Source: Treponemataceae bacterium
GTDB lineage: Bacteria; Spirochaetota; Spirochaetia; Treponematales; Rectinemataceae
DNA: 64,000 nt
Direction of reading: 5' to 3'
Assembly (NCBI GenBank): GCA_963667725.2
Contig: CAXXHO010000003.1
Coordinates: forward strand, 64,001-128,000
Shown here piece after piece: positions 27,078 to 37,300 of this stretch. Below the pieces are notes generated by a model that was not told the DNA's origin, did no database searches, and saw only the letters and a program-made list of their open reading frames with translations. Positions within the stretch are counted from its first letter, which is position 1; each line of letters starts with the position of its first letter. Made by a program: the position numbers and the translations under genes.

Positions 27078-30000
27078 TCAGATTTCAAATCCACCCTTGA
27101 TGATGAACCGCTTTAAAAGGTCATGGATCTTGATGTTGATCTTGATCGGGGCAATGGTCGATCCTTCCAGGCCTTCAAAATAAGCCTTGGCTTTTACTTT
27201 ATCGATCGTATCCTTGAGTTCGTCGAAGCGACCGAATTCATTGATGTTCGCTTCGGTAATACCCGAATTCATCATGGCGCGTAGCTTTGCCTCATCCAAG
27301 CCCAAGATCCCGGAAAGCGTGCTGATCTGGTCGTTTTTCGCCGTACATTGATATTCGGTCACGTAATCACGAAAGGTCTTCCCGCTTTCCATGACCGCGC
27401 AACCGCTTTGTACATCGTGGAGAAAGATATTGGCGTATTTTTGTTCTTCGATGGTCAGATACGCGAAGGACTTATGCAAATCGTCCAGGGTTTGCAGCCT
27501 CTGTTCTTCCTCGATGCCGTCCTGATTCAAGGCTTTCAGATATTTATCAAACCGCGAGTTCATGTAGTCGGCATCGATTCTCCCGGTATCGATCTCGGTC
27601 AAGTATCCGTCGATATCATAGGGAACGTCGGGGATGCCGCTTCCGCCGCTCCCCCCACCGCCGCCGGCGAGTTCTTTGTAGCGGAGCGCCAGAACGAGGT
27701 AGTCACTCTCATCGAATCGCATATCGATGATTTTTTTTGGTTTACCAGGGCCATCGCTGAATTCGTAGCTCGACTTGCTCCAAGTAAAGCCCTGGATTTT
27801 CGCCGCCTCGAGATGGAGGCTCAATTCCTTGAATAGCTTGGCGAATTGTCCTCGCTCCGCGCCGTCGTCCGGCAATTTTGAAATATCCGGAACACCGGCT
27901 CGGACGAACAAGTCCACGATGTCCTGGTAGAGAGAGTTCATTGCGCGCAAATTTGAATCAAGCCGATCCACGAACAACCCAAGCGGCATGTCCCCCGAAT
28001 AGAGCTTTACCGCTCTGTTGATGTTCGCTTCCATGGTATGCGGCTTGCGGTAATAGCGGATCGTTCCGAAGGGTTTGTCGGGGCCGAAGAGACGATTGGT
28101 GCGGGAGAAGGCCTGGATGATATTCTCGTACTGGAGCAGCTTGTCCAGATACAAGGTGTTGATCCACATGGAATCGAAACCGGTGAGCATCTGATCCACC
28201 ACGATCAAAAGATCTATCTGTTTCTCCGGGCTTCGCTCCAGGCGGATATATGGTTCTTTATGGGCAAGACGGGCAGCTATGTCTTTCTTGAATTGCGCAT
28301 GGGTAGGTATGGAAAAATCCTGGCCATACCGCGCGTTATAGTCCTCAATGATTTCGACAAGACCGTCTTCTTTGAATTTTACCCCGCCGTTATTGTCGAT
28401 AGTGGGATCAAAGAGAGTCGTAAATTTCAGGTTGGTTTTCTTGCTTTTGATGAGGCGGTAATATTCGATCGCCTCAGCTATGCTCGTGGTGGCGAAGAGC
28501 GCGTGGAATTTTCCGTTCTGGCTCAGGGTGAGCCAGTTATCCAGGATATCCTCGACAACCTTTTCCCGGTGCTCGGTCCGCTCGTATTGTGCCTGTGTCA
28601 GGTAATCCTCGATGCCTTTGACCACGCTGCCGTCGCCCGCGATGGAACCGGCCATGGGCATGTCTTTCATGAATCGGTTAAAGACGGCTTTCTTTTTGGG
28701 ATCGGCAAAGGCTTCAGCCTCATCGCTGGCTTTCGCCTGTTCCAGGGCTATCGCGACGCGCAGATCCTTGTCCTTGTAGGTGAGGACCTTATATGGATCA
28801 AAGCCCAGGACGTTCTTATCCCGAATACCATCGGCGATGCTGTAGCGGTGGAGCTCGTCGCCGAATAGGGAGGACGTGGTATTGAGCTTTTTCTGGTTCT
28901 CTTCATGGATGGGGGTGCCGGTAAAGCCAAAGAGAAGGGCGTGGGGAAAGGTAGCCTTGATCGTGATCAGCATATCCCCAAAGGTTGAACGATGTGCCTC
29001 GTCGACGATGATGACGATACGCTTCGCCTGCATCATGGCGAGGTCATGGGCGTTGATGCCTCCCTCTTCGTCCTTGATGTTGCTCATCTTCTGGATCGAG
29101 GTGACAATCAAAGTGTCGGCCGGGCGCGTGCTTTTCAGCTTGGTGATCAGGACGGCCGTATTCTCGGTGGCCTGAACCTCCTCGCTCTCTTCGGCGAAAC
29201 CACGGTACTCGTTCAGGGACTGGGTGCCGAGCTCGATCCGGTCCATGAGGAAAATGACCTTGTCGGCGTCCTTGGAATTGGCGATGAGTTGGGCCGACTT
29301 GAAGCTGGTCATGGTTTTGCCTGAGCCGGTGGTATGCCAGACATAGCCGCCCCGCCCCTTGTGAGCGCTCCAGTCAATCTTGGAGACCCGGTCGGAGATG
29401 GCGTTGGCCGCGTAATACTGGTAGCTCCGCATCACCTTGAGGATGCCGTCTGAGCCGTCGGCCACGGTGTAAAAGCCGATGAGCTGATGGGCCATGGGTA
29501 TGGAGAGGAGTGAGGAGGCGATATCCTTCCAATCATTGACCGGCTCGTTGTTAAAATCGGCCCAGCGGAAATAGTAATCAGTGTTGAATCTGCCTTCTGG
29601 ACCGGGGTTCGCGAAGTAGCGGGTTTCTTCAGGCTGCATGGCGACAAAGATCTGGACGAGGGAAAAGAGGCTCGTGAAAATGCCCTCGTCCGAATACTTT
29701 TCGATCTGATGGAAGGCCTGGCTCACGGGCACGCCGCTTTTTTTAAGCTCGATGTGGATGACGGGCATGCCGTTTATAAGGAGCATGAGGTCGCCCCGAC
29801 GCTCGTTTAAAATCTTCGATCTGCTTTTAAACTGAGGCTGGCGGGCGATCTGATAGCGGCTTTGCCCGGCGGCGATCTCCCGACGATCGTAGATTTTTAG
29901 GCTTACTTCCTTGCCGAAATGGAGCCGGTCTTCCGGGTTGTCGCGGGTGATCGAGACGGTTTTCCCGTTGATGAAGCCATTGAGTTTGAGGGGCGTGCGC

Positions 30001-30218
30001 AGGGTGGCGATCTGCTCCATGATCTGCCGCATCTCGCCCTCGGTGAGGGGATAGTCGCCGAGGCGATCGATGTCGCGGTTGTTGTCGAAAAGGATGGTCG
30101 CCCAGTTCTTCAGAAGATTCTTTTCGGTAGGGTAATTTATGACCTCCCTCTCCCAACCCTTGTGGGAAAGGATCTCTATGAGCGCGTTTTCAAAGTCGGC
30201 TTCATTGGTAAAGGTCAT
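27078..30218 (-). CDS. hsdR: type I restriction enzyme R subunit
   Basis: GDLMLLINGMPVIHIELK nuclease motif; HTTGSGKT, DEAHRS, FTGTP, LTGFD, QAFSRTNR helicase motifs. Confidence 0.95.
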   Translation of the reverse strand: MTFTNEADFENALIEILSHKGWEREVINYPTEKNLLKNWATILFDNNRDIDRLGDYPLTEGEMRQIMEQIATLRTPLKLNGFINGKTVSITRDNPEDRLHFGKEVSLKIYDRREIAAGQSRYQIARQPQFKSRSKILNERRGDLMLLINGMPVIHIELKKSGVPVSQAFHQIEKYSDEGIFTSLFSLVQIFVAMQPEETRYFANPGPEGRFNTDYYFRWADFNNEPVNDWKDIASSLLSIPMAHQLIGFYTVADGSDGILKVMRSYQYYAANAISDRVSKIDWSAHKGRGGYVWHTTGSGKTMTSFKSAQLIANSKDADKVIFLMDRIELGTQSLNEYRGFAEESEEVQATENTAVLITKLKSTRPADTLIVTSIQKMSNIKDEEGGINAHDLAMMQAKRIVIIVDEAHRSTFGDMLITIKATFPHALLFGFTGTPIHEENQKKLNTTSSLFGDELHRYSIADGIRDKNVLGFDPYKVLTYKDKDLRVAIALEQAKASDEAEAFADPKKKAVFNRFMKDMPMAGSIAGDGSVVKGIEDYLTQAQYERTEHREKVVEDILDNWLTLSQNGKFHALFATTSIAEAIEYYRLIKSKKTNLKFTTLFDPTIDNNGGVKFKEDGLVEIIEDYNARYGQDFSIPTHAQFKKDIAARLAHKEPYIRLERSPEKQIDLLIVVDQMLTGFDSMWINTLYLDKLLQYENIIQAFSRTNRLFGPDKPFGTIRYYRKPHTMEANINRAVKLYSGDMPLGLFVDRLDSNLRAMNSLYQDIVDLFVRAGVPDISKLPDDGAERGQFAKLFKELSLHLEAAKIQGFTWSKSSYEFSDGPGKPKKIIDMRFDESDYLVLALRYKELAGGGGGSGGSGIPDVPYDIDGYLTEIDTGRIDADYMNSRFDKYLKALNQDGIEEEQRLQTLDDLHKSFAYLTIEEQKYANIFLHDVQSGCAVMESGKTFRDYVTEYQCTAKNDQISTLSGILGLDEAKLRAMMNSGITEANINEFGRFDELKDTIDKVKAKAYFEGLEGSTIAPIKINIKIHDLLKRFIIKGGFEI

Positions 30219-31228
30219 TTTTTATTTTTCTCCCATAGACGTTTCTCTATATCTTCCAACTCTTTTAAATCCTCTCTATCGGCGGCCAGCGCTTCTTCGG
30301 CTCTGCGCCTATTGTCAAATTCTTCATACCGTTGTTCGGCAATTCTTTGGGCTACCTCGGCTTTTACTTTTCCGGCATGGGTTAAAAGTTCATGCTCGTT
30401 AAACAACAGAAAAGCGTCGAGTTTTTCCGACCACCGTTCCATGGTAACGGTTTTCCTCAGCCGGGCCTGGCTTTCCGCATAATCAAGATACATGGTCACG
30501 ATTTCGTTGAGGTCTTTGATTTCATCGGCATCCAGGTAATTCTTGGCGATGGCCACATCCTGCTTGCGGACAATAGAACCCTGCCAGGACCTGAGGCCCA
30601 TATTCGGCAGTCCGGGATTGCCACGGGATTCAATCAGCTCGGCGGCGGTGTTGCCGGTGATAGCCCAGAGCATTTTATTCTGGACCTTTTTGAAGAAGAT
30701 CTGGGCCTGTTCCGAGGTTTTTTCGTAATCGACCGCGGTGGCGTAAATGTCCCGTATTTTCTGGTAAAAACGCTTTTCCGAGGCCCGGATATCCCGGATG
30801 CGCGCCAGCCACTCGTCAAAATAGTCCCAGGTATCGGCTTTTTTGAGCCGATCATCATCCATGGCAAAGCCTTTGATTATGTATTCCTTCAGAATACTGG
30901 TGGCCCATATTCTAAACTGAGTGGCTCGTTTGGAGTTGACCCGGTAGCCTACGGCGATGATGGCGTCGAGATTGTAGAAATCTTTATTGCGGGTAACCTG
31001 CCGACCCCCCTCATTTTGGACTGTTTCCATTTTGGAAACAGTTGCTTCTCGGCTCAATTCCCCTTCCTCATAGATGTTGGTCAAGTGCTTGGATATGGCG
31101 GGAACATTGACGTCAAAGAGTTCCGCCATCGCCGTCTGGGGCAGCCAGATGGTTTCATTCCGCAAAACAGTATTAATTTTGATTTCGCCGTCAGGAGTGG
31201 TATACAGGACAATTTGCGATTGGGTCAT
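30215..31228 (-). CDS. RhuM family protein
   Basis: ETIWL..MAELF, YNLDAIIAVGYRVNSKRATQFRIWAT, IRDIRASEKRFYQK, AKNYL. Confidence 0.9.
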   Translation of the reverse strand: MTQSQIVLYTTPDGEIKINTVLRNETIWLPQTAMAELFDVNVPAISKHLTNIYEEGELSREATVSKMETVQNEGGRQVTRNKDFYNLDAIIAVGYRVNSKRATQFRIWATSILKEYIIKGFAMDDDRLKKADTWDYFDEWLARIRDIRASEKRFYQKIRDIYATAVDYEKTSEQAQIFFKKVQNKMLWAITGNTAAELIESRGNPGLPNMGLRSWQGSIVRKQDVAIAKNYLDADEIKDLNEIVTMYLDYAESQARLRKTVTMERWSEKLDAFLLFNEHELLTHAGKVKAEVAQRIAEQRYEEFDNRRRAEEALAADREDLKELEDIEKRLWEKNKK

Positions 31229-31257
31229 ATAGCCAGCTCCTTTTTCATTATGCGTTT

Positions 31258-32274
31258 CTATGCATCCTTCCGGTCCGTTAAGAGCCTTTGCTCCCGTTCC
31301 AATTCCACCACCAACTCTTCCTCGCTGGGTAAAACCAAGCGGTATTTGGATGCGAAAAGCTGTTCGCTTTCTTTCAGGACGGAATACTTCACAACGGTTT
31401 CGTCTTTTTGCGCGCAGAGGATCAAGCCGATGGAAGGATTATCGTCGGCTTGCTTTTTCAGATCATCAAACATGCGGACATACATGTCCATCTGGCCGAT
31501 ATCCTGGTGGGTCAGTTCGGTGGTTTTTAGGTCGATCAGGACAAAGCACTTCAGTATATAGTTATAGAACACAAGATCAATATAGAAGTGTTTGGTTTCC
31601 GTACTGATGCGGAATTGGCGGCCGACAAAGGAGAAACCTCGCCCCATCTCCAATAGAAAAGATTGAAGATGGTCAACAATGGCGCTTTCGATGGATTGTT
31701 CCTTGGGCCATGGGGTTTCCGGGAGGTCCAGGAATTCCAGAACATAGGGGTCTTTGATAAAGTCCCGCGGCTGCATTTTCGCCGCGTCGGTTGGGGCTAG
31801 TACTGCTTCCTGTTTATTCCGGGACGAAAGGAGGCGTTCAAAATGGAGGCTGTTGATGTTCCGTTCCAGCAGCCGAGTGCTCCACCGCTGATCGGCGCAT
31901 TCATGAATGTAAAATTCTCGGGCATCCGGATTCTCGACCCGCATGATCAGGCGGTAATGGGACCAGGTCAATTGGCTACGCACTGCGTAGCTTTTCTCAA
32001 AATTAGGGAATACCTGATAGAACTGCCGGAAATTCTTCAAATTGGCGACGGAAAATCCATTGCCCCATTCGTTTTTAAGCTCGATCGAAAGGCTCTTTAT
32101 CAAGTACTCCCCATAGCCTGCCCGTTCTCGGCCTTCCTGTTCTTGTTCAACGATGCGCTTGCCAATCTGCCAATAGGCTTCCACCATGGCAAAGTTGACC
32201 GCGGTATAGGCTTTCTGGCGGGCCTTGCTCAGGATTTCCCGGATGGAGGAATAGAAATTGTCTAGTTCATTCAT
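31258..32274 (-). CDS. YhcG/DUF1016 PD-(D/E)xK nuclease-like protein
   Basis: YWQIGKRIV, LTWSHY, IKDPYVLEFL, FLLEMGRGFSFVGRQ, YIDLVFY..LIDLK, GQMDMYV. Confidence 0.9.
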   Translation of the reverse strand: MNELDNFYSSIREILSKARQKAYTAVNFAMVEAYWQIGKRIVEQEQEGRERAGYGEYLIKSLSIELKNEWGNGFSVANLKNFRQFYQVFPNFEKSYAVRSQLTWSHYRLIMRVENPDAREFYIHECADQRWSTRLLERNINSLHFERLLSSRNKQEAVLAPTDAAKMQPRDFIKDPYVLEFLDLPETPWPKEQSIESAIVDHLQSFLLEMGRGFSFVGRQFRISTETKHFYIDLVFYNYILKCFVLIDLKTTELTHQDIGQMDMYVRMFDDLKKQADDNPSIGLILCAQKDETVVKYSVLKESEQLFASKYRLVLPSEEELVVELEREQRLLTDRKDA

Positions 32275-32294
32275 AATTCTCTTCCTCCTATTTC

Positions 32295-33530
32295 CTAAAC
32301 AAACATTTTTTCCAGGCAGGCTTTTTTTATGTTTTTCAGCTTGTCCAGCTCACGCTGGTGAAGGGAGATAAGATCATCGAGTTCGCTAAAATATTCTCCT
32401 ATTTTTTTTTGCTCTTCATCTTCTGGAAAAGGAAGACTCATTTCATTAAATACTCCATTTGTTATTTGATTAATTGTGGCTCCCATATTTTTCTCGATTT
32501 CTCTATTGAATTGAGAGGTATTTAATAACGTATTTATAAAGTCAGGGTGCTTATAATGTATGCCCGTCATAAACGCTCCAATAACAGTATTTGGCATACT
32601 TTTCTTTATTTGAGCGTGTTTCCCAATTAATGAACGTGAACCATTTCTAACTACAACAATTATATCGCCAATGTGTACATTTATTGAATTAACGACTTCT
32701 GATCTAACATACACATTGTCCGCATTGATTATTTCACTGTTTTTTACATTTGAGGAACGAAGTACAAGAGTCTCCCCATCTTTAACAACATCATGTGGCG
32801 AATAGGTTAGTCCACTATAGAGTTCAACAGTTTCCCCCAACTTTCTTCTCTCCCACTTTCCGATAAATCCCTTAAAACGAATCTCAGGAACATCGGTGCC
32901 CTCTTTGGGAAACATCTTTTCGAGCATGGCCTTTTTTACTATGGAGAGCTTGTTGTACTTGCGTTGATGCAGGGCGATGAGGGCGTCGAGGTTTTGGAAA
33001 AGATTTCCAATCTTTGTTTGTTCTTCTTTTTTTAATGGAATATTTATCGTTTTTGAAAGAAGTTCCTCTTTAGTTATTCCCTTAATCGAAGTCCCTTGTA
33101 CTGCATGAAGTTCACTTTGGATCTTCTTGTGGATTGAGTACACACCATACCAATTATCGATATTTAATTTGCTTAATGATAAAAAATCTTGACTGGTAGC
33201 ATAACAATATGACATAAAAGCTACTTTCCCGACTCCTACACGTGTTACTATCGCAATAGAGTTTTCAGGTATTAGTTTCGTAGCGGAGGCTGTTATTCCT
33301 TTTTTTGTGATAAATTTTCTAGGAATGATGTTAAATAGCTGTTCCTCTGCTACGTCAGAAGATTGAATCCACGCAATATCTCCATTCCAATACTCATCGA
33401 TAGATGTTTTTGGGGTTCCGCCTCCATAAGTTTCTAAAGCCAAATCCCCCAGCTTTTTTTCTTCCCAATCATCCATGAATCCATTAAATCGCAACTCAGG
33501 CGCTTTTTTCGTCTTCGCCATCTCACTCAC
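32295..33530 (-). CDS. hsdS: type I RM specificity subunit
   Basis: Duplicated conserved blocks PELRFNGF..WEEKKLG / PEIRFKGF..WERRKLG and EEQTKIG / EEQKKIG around two TRDs. Confidence 0.95.
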   Translation of the reverse strand: MSEMAKTKKAPELRFNGFMDDWEEKKLGDLALETYGGGTPKTSIDEYWNGDIAWIQSSDVAEEQLFNIIPRKFITKKGITASATKLIPENSIAIVTRVGVGKVAFMSYCYATSQDFLSLSKLNIDNWYGVYSIHKKIQSELHAVQGTSIKGITKEELLSKTINIPLKKEEQTKIGNLFQNLDALIALHQRKYNKLSIVKKAMLEKMFPKEGTDVPEIRFKGFIGKWERRKLGETVELYSGLTYSPHDVVKDGETLVLRSSNVKNSEIINADNVYVRSEVVNSINVHIGDIIVVVRNGSRSLIGKHAQIKKSMPNTVIGAFMTGIHYKHPDFINTLLNTSQFNREIEKNMGATINQITNGVFNEMSLPFPEDEEQKKIGEYFSELDDLISLHQRELDKLKNIKKACLEKMFV

Positions 33531-36117
33531 CCTTCAAGAGCTGCTGGAATTCGGCCAGGCCTTTGAGGTCGTAGTCGCTGCCCGTAAGCTCGTCGATGAG
33601 GGAGGAAAGGCTCGCTTCGGTTTCGCGCATCTCTTCGACCACTTCCTTGTAGGTGGTCGCGTATTTTTCTGCCAGACCTGAGACCACGCTTGAAATGTTC
33701 GCGATAATTTCGTCCGGCAGCTTGTGGAGGGAAGTCACTAAAGGGGCAATCCACTTCTGTTCGAGGAGCTTCTTCACCTGCTCATCGCTTAAAGACTCGA
33801 TGGTCGATTTCGTCTTGAGATGGAGGGCGGCGTCCTGAGCCTTAACCTCTTTTTTCAAGATTTTTTCTTCCCAAACAAGCTCGTCCGCTTTCAGAATTTT
33901 TGCCTCATAGGAATCTTCATCGAAGGCCTCGCCTTCGGCATCGCCCTTCTTCGTGTCTGCCCTGATCTGCTTGGCTTCCTTGGCGAGTTCCGCGAGGACA
34001 AAGCCATCCTTGTTCTCATTGAAAGCATCGCTCTCTTTATCATCATCGGCAAAGGAGTCGAGAAGCTCGGCTAGCTCGCCGTCTATTTCCGTAAGCCGAT
34101 TTTCGCTCTTTTTAAGCTTCTGATAGTCAGTTTTAAGAAGGTTTTGCTGCACGAGTTCGAAGGGTAGTATTCGGCCTACCCATCCTTCCTGAATCTCTTG
34201 CTCCTTGCCCTCTTTTTTCTTCATGACCATATGTGGATCGACTTTCTTCGTCGCCTCGAAACCCTCGCTCTGGATGATTTCCAGATCCACCGCGATCTTC
34301 GTCCACTCATCGTCCAGGATCTGGTAGGCCTCGTATCTATCGATAAGAGGAATGGTCTCGAGGCGCTTGAAAATCCCCTTGCTGAGAGCCGCTTCTTCCT
34401 GCGAGATGTCCAGATCGAGCATCGTGGTGATAAGGTCTTTTTTAAGCGCCCGGTCAAAGCTGGAAAAAGCGGCTTTAAAGGCGCCAATAAAACCCTGCAC
34501 GTTGGCGTGCTCCCTTATAGTGAGCTTGACGTCTTTCACTTTAAGGGCCGCGTAGGGGCCTGGCTTTTTCGAGAATAGGGCGGAGCGCAAGCTCGGAAAG
34601 GCCGTCCAGTAAGCCTCAAGCGCGTCGATTTCCTTTTTCGGCATTCCGCCGAACATGGAGGCGTAGATATCCCAGCTTTCAGCCCCTTCCGAGGAATCAA
34701 CGTAGCGAGGGATGTTGAGGTTGTAGTCGTTGTCCCGAATTTCTTCGCGGCTCACGACGCGAGAAAATTTCGGCGCCATATCCCGAGCGATCACTGTATC
34801 GGCGATGCGCTTTACGTCCGAGGCGCGGAGCTTATTGCTCTTGCCGACCTTGATGAAGCCCTTCGAGGCGTCGACGATGAGGATGTCGGTATTTTCGCGC
34901 TTCTGCTTTAACACCATAACGATGGTCGGAATACCCGTGCCGAAGAATATGTTGGCCGGAAGCCCGATGATCGTGTCGATGTGGTTCCCCTCGATGAGCT
35001 TCTTGCGTATCTCGCCTTCAACTCCGCCGCGGAAAAGGACGCCGTGGGGCAGAACGATGGTCATGATGCCATCGGGCTTCAAGTGAAAAAGCTCGTGGAG
35101 CAAAAAGGCGTAGTCCGCCTTGGACTTGGGCGCGAGACCGAAGCGAGCGTAGCGGGGGTCGGTTTCCTTATTTGATGAGTCCCACTTCTGGGAATAGGGC
35201 GGGTTCGAGACCACCGCGTCCACATAGAGGGGGCTGTAGGTATTGACCGGATCGTTCTCGTCGAAATAAGGCCAATCGGTTTCGAGGGTGTCGGCATTCC
35301 GGGTCACGATGTTGTCGACGAGGATTCCGCGCATCACGAGATTCATGCGGGTAAGATTGTAGGTATTCTGCTTGAGCTCTTGGGCGTAGTACTTGATGTT
35401 CCGGTCATCCTTCATATGCTTGGCAACGCTGCGCCCGATGTTGATGAGGAGGGAGCCCGAGCCGCTCGTGGGGTCGTAGATCGTTATCTCTTTCTTATCC
35501 CGCAGGTGGTGCGCGACGATCTCCGACATCAGGAGGGACACCTCGTAGGGAGTATAGAACTCGCCAGCCTTCTTGCCCGCGTTGGCCGCGAACATGCCGA
35601 TGAGGTACTCATAGATGAAGCCTAGAACGTCGTAGTCCTGCTTCCCGTCCATGGGGATGTCTTTGATCAAGTGCACGAGAGCGCTTATCGCCTTAGTCTG
35701 GGACGCGGCGCTATCGCCCAACTTGCTCAAGCCCGTCTGCAGGGTATCGAAGATGCCGTTGAATACTTTCTTATGCGCGGTATCGATCAATCGGCTGAAC
35801 GCCGAGAGCGCGTCCCGGACATTGGAAACGTCAAACTCATTCCCCTTGTCGATCCATGTCGAAAACAAGTCTTTATAAGCGATGAAATAACCCAGATTGC
35901 TCTTGAAGTATGCCGCGGTCTGGGCGTCCTCCTCGGAAAGAGACTTAATTTCCTTGGCGGACATGCCTTCCTTCTTGGCGAATCTCAATTCATTGTCCGA
36001 AAGGTATTTGTAGAAAATGAAACCTAAAATATAGTCCTTGTATTCATTGGCTTCGATTTTGGACCGCATCTGGTTGGCCGATTCCCAGATTTTCGCCGCT
36101 AACTGCTGTTTGTTCAT
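33523..36117 (-). CDS. hsdM: type I RM N6-adenine methyltransferase with a long C-terminal extension
   Basis: GEFYTP, YDPTSGSGSLL, VSNPPYS, PHGVLFRG, YNLNIPRYV. Confidence 0.95.
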   Translation of the reverse strand: MNKQQLAAKIWESANQMRSKIEANEYKDYILGFIFYKYLSDNELRFAKKEGMSAKEIKSLSEEDAQTAAYFKSNLGYFIAYKDLFSTWIDKGNEFDVSNVRDALSAFSRLIDTAHKKVFNGIFDTLQTGLSKLGDSAASQTKAISALVHLIKDIPMDGKQDYDVLGFIYEYLIGMFAANAGKKAGEFYTPYEVSLLMSEIVAHHLRDKKEITIYDPTSGSGSLLINIGRSVAKHMKDDRNIKYYAQELKQNTYNLTRMNLVMRGILVDNIVTRNADTLETDWPYFDENDPVNTYSPLYVDAVVSNPPYSQKWDSSNKETDPRYARFGLAPKSKADYAFLLHELFHLKPDGIMTIVLPHGVLFRGGVEGEIRKKLIEGNHIDTIIGLPANIFFGTGIPTIVMVLKQKRENTDILIVDASKGFIKVGKSNKLRASDVKRIADTVIARDMAPKFSRVVSREEIRDNDYNLNIPRYVDSSEGAESWDIYASMFGGMPKKEIDALEAYWTAFPSLRSALFSKKPGPYAALKVKDVKLTIREHANVQGFIGAFKAAFSSFDRALKKDLITTMLDLDISQEEAALSKGIFKRLETIPLIDRYEAYQILDDEWTKIAVDLEIIQSEGFEATKKVDPHMVMKKKEGKEQEIQEGWVGRILPFELVQQNLLKTDYQKLKKSENRLTEIDGELAELLDSFADDDKESDAFNENKDGFVLAELAKEAKQIRADTKKGDAEGEAFDEDSYEAKILKADELVWEEKILKKEVKAQDAALHLKTKSTIESLSDEQVKKLLEQKWIAPLVTSLHKLPDEIIANISSVVSGLAEKYATTYKEVVEEMRETEASLSSLIDELTGSDYDLKGLAEFQQLLKGE

Positions 36118-36336
36118 TTCTTCGATACCTTCCTAATGCTTATAGACACCGTTTTTCTATCCTAATAGAAATTATTTTATCATAGTTTTTCACGATTTCC
36201 ATCAGAATAAGCTACACAGAGAAGGATCGATTTCCGAGACGACTGAAGGCCTGTGAATCCTGAAGATCCTGTTATCTTGTCTCGTTTTTTCACCTCTTTC
36301 GCGCGGCGGAAGAGGAAGCCCGCGGCGGAGAAGGCC

Positions 36337-37149
36337 TCAGCCCAGGGCTACGTCCAGTACCATCATGAGGGCAAAGCCCAGCATGGTGCCGATGGTGGCG
36401 AGATGGCCGTTGCCGCTTCGGTTCGCTTCGGGGAGGACTTCCTCGGCGACGACATAGATCATGGCGCCGGCGGCGAAGGCGAGGGCGTAGGGGAGAATCG
36501 GCCGCATGATGCCGACGAGCAGCACACCTATTATGCCCGCTATCGGCTCGACGATGCCCGAAGCCTGGCCATAGAAGAAACTCTTGAACCTTCCCATGCC
36601 GTCCCGGCGTAATGGGATGGAAACCGCCGCGCCCTCGGGGAAGTTCTGAAGCCCGATGCCCAGGGCGAGGGCTATGGCGCCGGCGAGGCTCGCCGAACTG
36701 ATGCCCGCTCCCACGGCGCCGAATCCGACACCCACGGCGAGACCTTCCGGGATGTTGTGCAGAGTTATGGCCAGCACCAGAAGAGTGCTGCGCTGCCAAT
36801 TCGTCTTGATGCCTTCGGCTTCTTCCCGCTTGTACTCAATATGGACATGTGGAAGGAGCATGTCGACGAGGCGAAGGAAAAGGCCGCCGCCCAAGAATCC
36901 TACGAGGGGAGGAAACCACTTGACGATTCCCATGCTTTCGGCCAGGTCGATGGAGGGCGCGAGGAGGGACCAGAAGCTGGCCGCAATCATGACGCCCGCG
37001 GCGAATCCGAGCATGCCGTCCAGCACGCGCCGATCGATACTCTTGAAAAAGAAGACCATTCCGGCGCCCAGGGCGGTTACGCCCCAGGTGAAGAGCGTGG
37101 CGATTAAGGTCTGGACCACAGGAGACATTGAATTAAGCCAATTCAGCAT
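36337..37149 (-). CDS. ZIP family metal transporter (GufA-like)
   Basis: LHNIPEGLAVG, LQNFPEGAAVS, FAAGAMIYVV. Confidence 0.9.
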   Translation of the reverse strand: MLNWLNSMSPVVQTLIATLFTWGVTALGAGMVFFFKSIDRRVLDGMLGFAAGVMIAASFWSLLAPSIDLAESMGIVKWFPPLVGFLGGGLFLRLVDMLLPHVHIEYKREEAEGIKTNWQRSTLLVLAITLHNIPEGLAVGVGFGAVGAGISSASLAGAIALALGIGLQNFPEGAAVSIPLRRDGMGRFKSFFYGQASGIVEPIAGIIGVLLVGIMRPILPYALAFAAGAMIYVVAEEVLPEANRSGNGHLATIGTMLGFALMMVLDVALG

Positions 37150-37300
37150 CGACTTTTCCTCCGAGAGAAACTGCTCTCAGTATAACAATGAAAAGGAGAG
37201 CCGGGCAATTATTCGGTACCTGCATAAATAAACTTCATCGATCGAAAGAAAATTCATTGACCTGGATTGTTTCATATTCTAGACTGCAAAAACCTGGGAG

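Noticed and set aside
30392..31561. 389 aa plus-strand ORF
   Set aside because: Antisense shadow of the RhuM- and YhcG-like genes with no recognisable motifs.
36118..36336. attR duplicate of the tRNA-Pro 3' end
   Set aside because: No copy of the tRNA 3' sequence was found by eye and no integrase is present, so the islet is not called a mobile element.
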